From assembly GCA_048128005.1 (NCBI GenBank), contig JBEUKZ010000038.1, forward strand, positions 1 to 64,000: 64,000 nt of DNA. The letters run 5' to 3'. A program made the translations under genes and the position numbers. Source of the DNA: Veleropilina oligotropha. Lineage: Eukaryota. Each line of letters begins with the position of its first letter. The first letter of the stretch is position 1. Positions 53,535 to 64,000 of the stretch are shown one piece after another. The notes beneath the pieces were generated by a model. That model was given only the letters and a program-made list of their open reading frames with translations, made no database searches and was not told the DNA's origin.

Positions 53535-54199
53535 GGTAAATACGAAAAATGAGGGAATGTGCATACTTAGTAGTAGTATTACAGTTTTAAGTCATAGTAA
53601 GCTGAACATCTAGTGTAGCTTTAATTTTGCTTTGTTCGGGACATTAATTTTTCCTTTAACCTCGCTTTACCTGGCTTTTATATGCTGCAAGTTTAATGGG
53701 CTCGTTATCGGAACTGATCAAAGGAGTAATTTGACAGAGGAGTACTAACTTATCATGTCGTTGAGCTGTTTATGTGAAATGTGATATGTATGTTAACTCA
53801 ATAATATTGTTATTTAACTAAGTAGATCTACAAGGCCGCACTTATCATAGCAGTCTTGGTGTGTAAGAGCAATATTGTGCTTTTAATGCACTCGCCTGAA
53901 TGCTCTGTCTTACAGGAGTGTGTTCGTAACCCGGATGAGACACTATTCAATTAACAGTCACAGTTGTCCATAATTGGTCAGCGTGAACAGGTATTCCCTG
54001 GTGGCAGTCGGTGGGTTCCTCTTGCGATGATATGGACATATTCTAGTTTTAATCTGAAGGCTTTTAATTGGATTAAATATCAAACCAAAAACCGAAAAGT
54101 AGATACGTTAACGTACATCTATAGAAGTATATAATTATAATAGATACCTTTGGGAGTCGGTTGACTCTCAATGGTATCTATTAATTATAATATATATCT

Positions 54200-55903
54200 C
54201 AGGGCGTGATTTAATTTTTTGGGGTTAGCCTGCCATAAATGGCAGGTCAAAATTGTATTTGGCCTGCCATTGCCAAATACAGCCTGCCAAAATGTTTTCA
54301 ACATCAGAACCCTAATTATTCGTAAAAGGCGGTTATATTATTATTTAAGACCTGATATGTGTATCCAAAAGGTTTGATACCGATAATGAAATAATCAATT
54401 CGCAAAGTTCAGAAATATATATTGCCATCTGAATCAATTTCATGCATTATTCCATCATTTAATAATGCAAGTTTTCCATGATTACTAGTATCTATGAAAG
54501 TTTAGCTATTTCTTAATTATCAGGTTATGTTAACTTATTACTTGACAAAAATTAAAAAAATTTGTCAAGTATGTTGGTCTGCTTCGTCTGTTTGTTTGTT
54601 TGTCTGTAAGCAGTCTAGCGGTCACAATTTTCGACGTATCGATTTAAATTTTACCAAAAGGTGTACATTTGTAGCAGGTCGAGTTCATTAGTTTTTGGTG
54701 ATTTCCCAGACCTTATTTAACAAGATATAACGTCATTTACTTGATTTGTTTTTTGTCTCTAGCGCAAAAACTATTTGTCGTAGAGACTTCCGGTTGCCGC
54801 CATCTTGTTCCCTAAATAAATCCGCATGGTATGCATCTCTGTCATAAGCGTTTCGTAGATGCTGCGTTATGACGTAAATGAACATATTTGTAAGGAAATT
54901 AAAATGTGATAACTCGTGTCACCTTATGATTAGAACTGGTCAGTTTTCATTGTGAATGACTAGGAGCGGTGCTAATGGCGAAAGAACGTGCCTTATCTAC
55001 CTTTTCACATACTGGAAGCCGTCAATTGTTATGTTTTGGCTTATCTTGATCAGGATGCCCGAGAGTAGTTAACAGACTATTAACGAGTTAATAGGCTTAG
55101 TGAAAATTTCCTGGCATATATTACACCAGACTGCAGTGCTAAACTGATTCAGCAAGGTCCCTACACATATACAAATAATGACAATGATAACATGGTGCTA
55201 AACAGAGTAGGCCCCTACACATATGCTAATAATTACAATGTCGATGTAATAATATCTTTAATTGTGTAATGCTTTGAATATTGAAAACATATATTGAAAA
55301 CATCCAATTGATACATTGTTGTATTGTGTTGTATGTCAAATTTTGTCAAGTGTTGTTATTTATTATTAATATCTTTGCTGTCTGTCACATTGATACAAGC
55401 GAAAGTGAAACTTCCTTTTCAGAAACATTAAAATACTTTAATTCAGCCAGTTTGGAGCAAATCATTATCAAAATCATTCCACTTTGGAGTCTATTTCTGT
55501 TTTTTAATAAAAGCTTGCTTATTTGAACTCAGTTTTTCAGTTTAACGTTTATTCATATACAGTATTGATAGCATTTACAGAAACTCGGTTTCAACTTTCA
55601 ACCACAACCAATAAAACGAATGCATCCGTAATACAGGAAGTGAATCAGTGAATGAACATGAGGGAATGTTTTGGCACTGATGCGACCTCAAGACACATTA
55701 TGTTGAGGTTAAGTGAATAAAAGGGAAAGTTTTTTTGCTGTTCTCCAATACATTGATAACTTTGGTCAATAATATTGATTTCCATAGTAATATTTGTTGT
55801 CCGGCTATTACTGTCAGGCCAAAATCATTTTTACCAGGACATTTCGTAAAATCAACAAATTGGAAGGCCAATGGCCTTTAGCAGGCCGTTATTTCGCGCC
55901 CTG
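54200..55903. mobile_element. CAGGG-terminal non-autonomous DNA transposon with perfect 5-bp TSD, carrying a nested insertion
   Basis: TATCT|CAGGGCGTGATTTAA ... TTATTTCGCGCCCTG|TATCT, with subterminal GCCTGCC/GCAGGC repeats. Confidence 0.75.
54535..55355 (+). mobile_element. Nested HINE-like element
   Basis: 5' hairpin TACTTGACAAA...TTTGTCAAGTA is followed by a (GTTT/GTCT)n microsatellite. The matching subterminal IR TTTTGTCAAGT lies at ~55340-55350. Confidence 0.6.
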
Positions 55904-57957
55904 TATCTACGCAATGGAGTCCAGTATCAGCATACACAGGGTTATCTATAAAGTTAAAGTAATCTTTTGATCGTATGAATCAATCATTTTGGCAACATAT
56001 TTATTTTAATAAGTGAAAATAATATAATTTACGCCATTAGTACTTCATTTAGGGTCCTATTTCCCTCTTACACTTTTGACCTCTGCAGAAGAAAACAATT
56101 TGGGTCAAGTGTGCATTTTGTATCTCAAAAGTGATAGATTATCATAATCACGGCCCCGTTTGCAAGACGAGTGGATAAATGCACAATAAATACCTGTCTC
56201 GATTAATTTGGCTTCCCCCATTATGGGCGCAGATCAAACAGAGCTTATCAGCCACATTGAAATGAATGCTTGCTGGTGTTACTAAAATTGCAATTGATAT
56301 ATGCTAATTAATGCAAAACTCAATCGTGTGGGAGGCTAACTGAGGATTAAAACCACTTCCAGCCACTGACCAGTGGACAGCAAGGCATAGATAGTCATCT
56401 AGAGTCTTATTAGAAAGTAAACCAACTCTACATTAAGTGATAGCAGTGGGACTTGACTGAATGGTCAACAATTGGTGAAACACTTCACTTCAGTCTTGTA
56501 AAGAAATAGGCTGTTACCATTTTATTTCATTATTTAATTTAAATTGAGAATTTAGATTAGTTATGAGTTACTAGCTGTTAGGATGTTTTATACCACATAT
56601 TATGTTCTGGTAGAGTCTTCTACACTATTGTACATGAACAAATTATTATATCTTCAGCTTTTTGATGGCCTATCATTGAAATAGTAGTTCTATAACATAT
56701 TTGTAGCACATGTCTGCTGTGTATATGAATTATACAGACGTCTGGTGCCTTGACTGGTGTAAATAATACTGCCAGCTCTCCTTTGTGCTGATTTAAGCAG
56801 CTAATTCAGAATCTATGAGCCGCGACAATAAATAAAGCCATGTGATTATATGGCAAGTTTTACAAAGTGTTTCTTAGATTTCCCTGCCTTTGTGAGAGGA
56901 ATATGTGCCCAATTTTATGAGTTATAAAGCGTGAAATGGCAGCCGACAGTTGACGAATTCTTGCCATTTTTCACCTTTGTTTACAGTTTTATTTTTCTGT
57001 TCTTTTGTGTAGTGCAACCTAGTTGCCAATTTGCGTCTTGCACTTTGTCCAATGAACGTAATTTGGTGAATAATAAAATATATATTTTATATTTGAAGAG
57101 ATTCAATGATCACCCAAGATTATAACATCAATACATTTCATGCATCTTTATTACGTTACATGATATATTTTTATTGGACATGCAGGTTAGATTTGTATAC
57201 ATGAAACTGTGGCTTGTTCAACTGTAGCTTGTTTATGCTACTGGGGCGAAGTTGGTGAAAAACTTGCTGTAAACTGTTCGACTTCAACCAAAAAGCGAAG
57301 TCCATTTCACTTGGATGCCCCCTATGATTTAACACTAATCAAACAGTCACACATTGACGTGAAGCAAGCGCAAAAAGATAATTAACGAATAATATTAATT
57401 TATGTACTAAATAATATTTAATTCAGAGAATTTTTCAAACTTGCGAATCTAATCACGGTTTCTTACGATCGCACTTCGGCTGTTTCTGTGATGATGACAT
57501 TAGCATTGAAAATTTGTTTCAGCAATTAATTTTAGTGGCAACAGTGAAGATACTGTCGTTTCTTCAAAGTAATCAATTGTATTTTTTTTACAATGATTGT
57601 GTGCCTAATAACGGTATCAATAGTAAATACCGGCTTCATATTTTTTTGTATATATATATAATTTAAATGTATTTAATAGTTATGTGAACTGGTATATGTC
57701 AAATATAATAGTGTACTGTTAGATATTAACTGTACGCAATTCCGATGTTTTCATCATCAACATCAGGCACATATCGGCACACCATACAGCACTAATGGAT
57801 CGCTTTGAATTCACAAAGAATTGTAGCGATATGGTGATCGATTCCTGTGCTATTCTACGTTGAATTCACTTATTATTTGGTCCTATGAAAAGAAGTGTCA
57901 TTGCGTTTGTTTGCTGATCGTAAACAAAGTGTTTTTTGCAGGACAATCGGTGAGCGA

Positions 57958-59138
57958 TTTTTAGCTCGACTATTTTAAAATAGTACGAGCTATTGCAGTC
58001 ACCCTGTCGTCGGCGTCGGCGTCGGCGTTGGCGTTGGCGTCGGCGTTGGCGTTGGCGTCAAACTTCAGGTTAACATTTTGCATGAAGGGTCTTTTCTCAC
58101 AATATTTTCACACTACACCTTTCAAACTTCATACACTTGTTCAACGTCATTATGCGACCTTACATTACAGGCGTAATAACTCTGGCTTCGTTATTTTACC
58201 AAATTATTCCCCTTTTTCGACTTAGACAAGTCAGGTTAATGTTTTGCATGAAGGGTCTTTTCTCACAATTTGTTCACACTACACCTTTCAAACTTCATAC
58301 ACTTGTTCAACGTCATTATGCGACCTTACATTACAGGCGTAATAAATCTGGCTTCGTTATTTTACCAAATTATTCCCCTTTTTCGACTTAGACAAGTCAG
58401 GTTAATGTTTTGCATGAAGGGTCTTTTCTCATAATTTTTTCACACTACACCTTTCAAACTTCATACACTTGTTCAACGTCATTATGCGACCTTACATTAC
58501 AGGCGTAATAAATCTGGCTTCGTTATTTTACCAAATTATTCCCCTTTTTCGACTTAGACAAGTCAGGTTAATGTTTTGCATGAAGGGTCTTTTCTCACAA
58601 TTTTTTCACACTACACCTTTCAAACTTCATACACTTGTTCAACGTCATTATGCGACCTTACATTACAGGCGTAATAAATCTGGCTTCGTTATTTTACCAA
58701 ATTATTCCCCTTTTTCGACTTAGACAATTCAGGTTAATGTTTTGCATGAAGGGTCTTTTCTCACAAATTTTTCACACTACACCTTTCAAACTTCATACAC
58801 TTGTTCAACGTCATTATGCGACCTTACATTACAGGCGTAATAAATCTGGCTTCGTTATTTTACCAAATTATTCCCCTTTTTCGACTTAGACAATTCAGGT
58901 TAATGTTTTGCATGAAGGGCCTTTTCTCACAAAGTCAACTTCAGGTTAACATTTTGCATGAAGGGCCTTTTCTCACAAAGTGTTCACACTACAGCCTTGA
59001 AACTTCATACGCTTGTCACATCATTATGCGAACTTGCAATACAAGGGCCATAACTCTAGCTTCATTTTTACCAAATTATTTCCATTCATCGATCCAGCTT
59101 TTGATAGTCGAGCATGCTGTCCTCTGACAGCTCTTGTT
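57958..59138 (+). mobile_element. Helentron-associated element (HINE/pearl-like) with (GGCGTY)n microsatellite and 166-bp satellite array
   Basis: Subterminal IR GCTCGACTAT/ATAGTCGAGC, 3' hairpin GCTGTCCTCTGACAGC and T-rich ends. ~5 near-identical 166-bp units (~58065-58932) plus one diverged terminal unit. Confidence 0.9.
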
Positions 59139-61418
59139 ATTTAATGTGGTCATTAAGTCTCATCGACTATTATCAGTGTAGTTCTGAGAGGAGTAATCGT
59201 TTTATGTCTATATTGATTTATATATTTGCACCTGATAAGGCTATTAACCAATCAACGTACAAACACTTTAACGGTTGTGAATGCGAAGAAAATTATGCCA
59301 TTGGTGAACAACATACTTGATGGGTGTGGGTAGAGGCAGGAGGCCTCGTTACGGAATTATTAATCTTCAAGCACGAATAGCAATGAAAGCGATTGCTCTG
59401 ATGTATACGGTTTATGAATTATGTTTGTTAATGGCTTCTTTATCACGTTTAATTATGCAGTCAGCTTTAATGATGATTGTCATATTTAAACAATCATTAT
59501 ATAGAGTTAGCACACTGTTCAGTGCTTTAATAGTGATGGATCGCACCACAGCTCTGAACGAGACACTGCCACGACGTGATGTGCATTGGTAGTGTGGAAA
59601 TACATAAAAATCATCATTCTTGACAAAACTTTGTCATTTTAGTTTCAATCATTTCTTTTTTGTTTTTAATTACTTTTAAATCATTCCGTCTCCAATTTTA
59701 TTTTGTTTGCCTTTCATTATTATATATAGCCTGAATTATAAACTTTATGCCAAGTTGATATTTTCTTTTTCTATTTTATGCAAACATATTCTACTAAATG
59801 TGGCCAGTTTTAAGCGAACAATAATTGCTTTGCATGAAAATACTTTTAGACTCCTTGAATATATTCCAAGATACCAATAAAAACCAATTTTTAATACTCA
59901 GAAATTCCACATATTTTCAGATATGAAATTGTTTCCCATTTGCTTGTGTACTGAACATGGCCACAATATTTTGTGGTAGTTTCCACGAACTTGCTATTTC
60001 AACAATCCTGGATATACTGATTTTTGTTTAAAGATAATGATGTTGTTTGACCACTGGTCAGAAATGGACTGAATTCTTCATGCTATACACTGACAGCAAT
60101 GCTGCATATAGACTGTCCATCAACTGTTCGTGTTGCAATGACCAGAGGAGAAAACTCCCTGACCTGTATGTTGTATAAATAAATATTCATTTGTTGAAAA
60201 CACAAATATTTCTGGTTATCATGCCCGAAGTTGCCATTAAGGATGAGATTTGAAATGAATAGATGTAAAGGGAAGTATTTATAAATGTCATGAAGATAAG
60301 ATACTTACAGAATAAGACAACAAAATAAATCATGAATAATAAAGAATAACCACTAATGAAAAACAAGAACAACACTTTAGAAATATGTCTTAACTCTGTA
60401 ATTTTATTATTATTCATTTAGTGTACATTAAATATGATTTATGCATAATAGCATTTAAGTTTTGACATATCTTAGGGCTCTTCATAAATTAACATTAAAA
60501 CCACAGAAATGTCTGTTGGGACTACTATAATCCAGATGTCTGTTACTCTGTTTGTTTCATGTATCTGTGTGAGTCCGATAGTTGCTATGGTCAGCCGTTG
60601 AAAGGAAGATAATGAACCATCAAGTCATTGGGAATTGCGTCAGTGTGCTATAGCTACCATATACACAAGTTTGTAATAGCTTCTGCATCAAATGTGGCAC
60701 CTCTAGATACGATGTTGTGCATATATATATATATTAGGCAAAAATTTGGATGAAAAAGATGACACTTTGATATTTATATTATATTTCACAGTATTCAACT
60801 GGGATAGAAACCTTCCTTTATATTAGATCCTAATTATAGCTGCTGTGTAATATGCTGTTTCCACTCCCAAAGACAGGTACTGTCAGCAGTCCGTTTCGTT
60901 TCTTTTTCCTTAGTAACTGGATGCCTTTATGGTTGTAATCATGATCTGTCGGGCATTTACCCCATACCAGCTTGTTGACAAAATCCTATATAGTATTTCA
61001 GGGTTAATTGATGAGTTTGCATATCATAGATGGACAGATGTTTTGTTTGCATAGAAAATGCTTCATCCTGCACATGTGTTTGGCAAACAGTGTTCCTTAC
61101 TGTGTTCCATGTGGATAAGTATTTGTGAACGTTTATGAAGATGTCAAGAAGGACAAGATTGTATTTAATCATATGGACAAGGATAATATGATACCTTATA
61201 GGCCTATTTGTTTTCCTATTGCAAAGAATAAGATGGTGTGTACTTTACTCCAACAATGTTAGAGTTTGCTACTCTAATTTTGCAATGATGAGCTTAATAT
61301 TCAGATTTTGTAAGATGTTTTCACAGATGTTATAATAGTGTCGTTTAACTGTTTAAGATATACACATGTGTGAAATATGCAATGATCAGCTACATTGATT
61401 GTGTGGGGGATTATTCTA

Positions 61419-62120
61419 TTTGCACAGTTAAATCTACCTTTTTCGACTTAAAATTTCCGTTTCGGACGACGTGAACAGGATATCACTTCAGGAAAACCGT
61501 AACAGCTAGGGAATTCAAATTTGGTATGCAGGTTTATTGGGACATAAACTAGGTTGCTATTGAATTTCAGATTATTCTGCCAAATATTTGCACAGTTATC
61601 CCCCCTTTTTCAACACAAAATTTCTGTTTTGGAACACGTGAACAGGATATCAGGAAAACTGTAGCAGCTAGGGAATTCAAATTGGTATTCATGTTTATTG
61701 GGACATAAACTAGGTTGCTATTGAATTTCAGATTATTCTGCTAAATATTTGCACAATTATCCCCCTTTTTCAACACAAAATTTCAGTTTCGGACGACGTG
61801 AACAGGATATCAGGAAAACCGTAACAGCTAGGGAATTCATATTTGGTGTGCAGGTTTATTGGGACATAAAACTACGTTGCTATTGAATTTCAGATTATTC
61901 CGGATTATTCCGCCAAATATTGGCACAGTTATCCCCCTTTTTGGACAAACTTTCCTTTTCGGATGACGTGAACATGATATAAGGAAAACCGTAACAGCTA
62001 GGGTATTCCAATTTGGTATGCAGGTTTATTGGGACATAAACTAGGATGCTATTGAATATCAGATTATTATGCCGAGTATTTGCACAGTTATCCCCCTTTT
62101 TTTACATAGACTTTCCCTTT
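61419..62120. repeat. Satellite-like array, ~160-172 bp unit x ~4.3
   Basis: TTTGCACAGTTATCCCCC...GTGAACAGGATATCAGGAAAACCGTAACAGCTAGGGAATTC...GGGACATAAACTAGGTTGCTATTGAATTTCAGATTATTC repeats. The unit resembles HINE internal units, but no termini were found. Confidence 0.9.
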
Positions 62121-62974
62121 TCCGACATAAATATTTAGTTTATGTCAATTATCTTCATAACCTCACATCTGATATTGTTTGCATCTTGTGACTGTGTTGC
62201 AAATAAAAAACAATGGGTCATGTTAAATTTTGCTAAAATTTTGCCAAGTATGTGCACAGTTATTCCCCTTGATCAACTTAAACATGTACACTCTATCAAT
62301 TACGACAAACCCGATGGGATAATGTGTGGCTCCCACACTTCTTGTTGAATTTGTGCAATCATCTGACTTTTGAAAAGAAATTCTGCTTGTTGAAATAATC
62401 AGATGCACATTGATTATCATTTTAGTTAAAGTCAAATAATGGCTGTCATATGTGCTGCACAGTGCACCTCTCTTTGTGCAGAAGTTCTATGGAAGTAGTG
62501 CAGGTCGAAAGCGCATCAACATCCAATTGGTAACTTTTGAACCCTTTGGTTTTGAGCATTGTCACGGTGTTCTGGAAGACAACTGGGTGATCTAGATGAC
62601 ACCTTGTACCTATCGTATTCTGTCATTCTAGTTAAATGCAATGCATTGTTATCACTAAAATCCATTGTATTCAGGTTGTCATGGTATTTTGCGTAACATG
62701 ATTACCCGATCTGTGAATGTTTGGGTTGATCCTGTGTCTTTGTCCGCTTTTCTAACAAGGCTGTTTTGCAAGATACCCTATTCAATCAGTATGTCAAGGG
62801 CGGATCTCGGGTATAACAGCTGACAATGGGTGAGACAACGATTATTTGCTTTTCATTACTTATACATACTTATGTGACCTGGGGAGACACAGCATTAGAT
62901 AACACCTTCTCTTTGAGGTTCAATAGGTACTCTTATCAGCTATGTTTACGAAGATTCGTTGGTTGTCAATATTG

Positions 62975-63175
62975 TATTTTACGACCTCTTGTGACAATTT
63001 TTCAACCGTTTCGTAGTCTAGACATCCTGTGAAAGGTGTCGCTCCGATCTGACCGACATGCATTAAGGATATATACGCCTTCAATTATTTTCAGCAGTGG
63101 AACGAACCGCCGCTGGTCTTGAAACCGGGACCGCTGGTCTCGAGCCAACGAGTCACTCACCCTCCGATGCCGCTG
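62975..63175 (-). mobile_element. Degenerate tRNA-derived SINE
   Basis: Minus-strand B-box-like GGTTTCAAGACC. TTTTACGACC...CTCCGATCTG.CCGACAT is shared with ~10194-10275. Confidence 0.5.
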
Positions 63176-63367
63176 TATTCTAAGAAGACTGAAGTGTTGA
63201 TAATTATTGATCTTGGTAGTATTTAAATGTGTATATGTTTTTAGTGGTATTGGTATTATTTGATTGGTCAGGGTCTTATCTAATCCTGGTAATATTTGGA
63301 TATCGCATGGATTTATAGTTTATAACTATTAATGAATTATAGATTTTAAAAATTTCAAGGCCCATGT

Positions 63368-63642
63368 CAGGGCTCGAAATAAGCATGGTTTTACTTGTCT
63401 CAAACCAGTGATAATTACAGAAAAACGGTCATTTTTAACAAATGGTGGTCCAGCTGACCATTGATTTTTACAATACCCACTTACTATTAATTGTTATCAC
63501 ACACATTAGTACATTGTAAAGTTATTATTATAGCCTATATAATATCATTATTTTATGACCAGTGAATTTTAAATTTGACCATTGTTTAAAATTCCTGGTG
63601 GTCCATTGGACCAGTGGTTTTAAATTTGTATTTCTAGCCCTG
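63368..63642. mobile_element. MITE with CAGGGCT termini
   Basis: CAGGGCTCGAAATA ... TATTTCTAGCCCTG with internal GACCA(G/T)TG repeats. No TSD recognisable. Confidence 0.6.
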
Positions 63643-64000
63643 CTAATCTACAATTTAATTCTTCCAATCACATGTTCATAACTGTTATTCAATGTGCATT
63701 TTTCTCGATGCTGTTTTCGTTCCGTAACTTATTTTCACCATTTTAGCACCTTTGTGGTATCTCACTACCAGGCATCGTCTTCACAGGTGATCGAGCAATG
63801 CATCTTTCGGCGCCAACATTGGGTCTTATATCCATTTTAAGCCTGAAAACCTGTATCTACCCCTCTATTTTTCATGCTATCAGGCAAAAAAACTGTGGCT
63901 GCAGGTGGATTTCTCAAAATGCGTACTATGATAAATATAAAAACTATGCGGTAAAGTAAATATATGCTGAGCGTAACGTACATGTATATAGTTTTGTCAC

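Noticed and set aside
58065..58932. Regular repeats resembling a CRISPR array, and the repeated 84-aa ORFs
   Set aside because: The 166-bp units are repeated in full with no unique spacers or cas genes. The ORFs are by-products of the satellite.
59270..59320. NGCECEENY as a possible fifth EGF exon
   Set aside because: No suitable phase-1 acceptor or D-x-D/N-E-C start, too few cysteines, and an in-frame stop follows.

Overview
This is AT-rich, repeat-dense eukaryotic DNA from an invertebrate animal. The SINE and Helentron-type repeats suggest a marine lophotrochozoan or non-vertebrate deuterostome, but that is inference. The only host gene I can support is the 5' part of a MEGF6-like (EMI + EGF) gene on the + strand. 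It has four GT-AG exons (14003-14088, 23226-23363, 33028-33137, 46977-47081) that splice into one open frame; I could not find the next exon before the window ends. Intron 3 holds a structurally complete 7.2-kb DIRS1-type tyrosine-recombinase retrotransposon (36280-43510). It has identical 205-bp inverted terminal repeats, a right extension, an internal complementary region (ICR), gag, RT-RNaseH-methyltransferase and YR frames. Its gag and pol carry lesions, while the YR core is intact. It sits inside one arm of a foldback MITE, whose mirror arm predicts the empty target site. The rest is layered TE debris: two LINE RT fragments (one split by a 9-bp-TSD Mutator-like element), a decayed Academ-like transposon, tRNA-derived SINEs, Kolobok-like and 5-bp-TSD MITEs, and Helentron-type (HINE) elements with or without a 166-bp satellite array. 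I see no rRNA, true tRNA or CRISPR, and no clearly new biological system. The most informative observations concern the DIRS element and the nested insertions.
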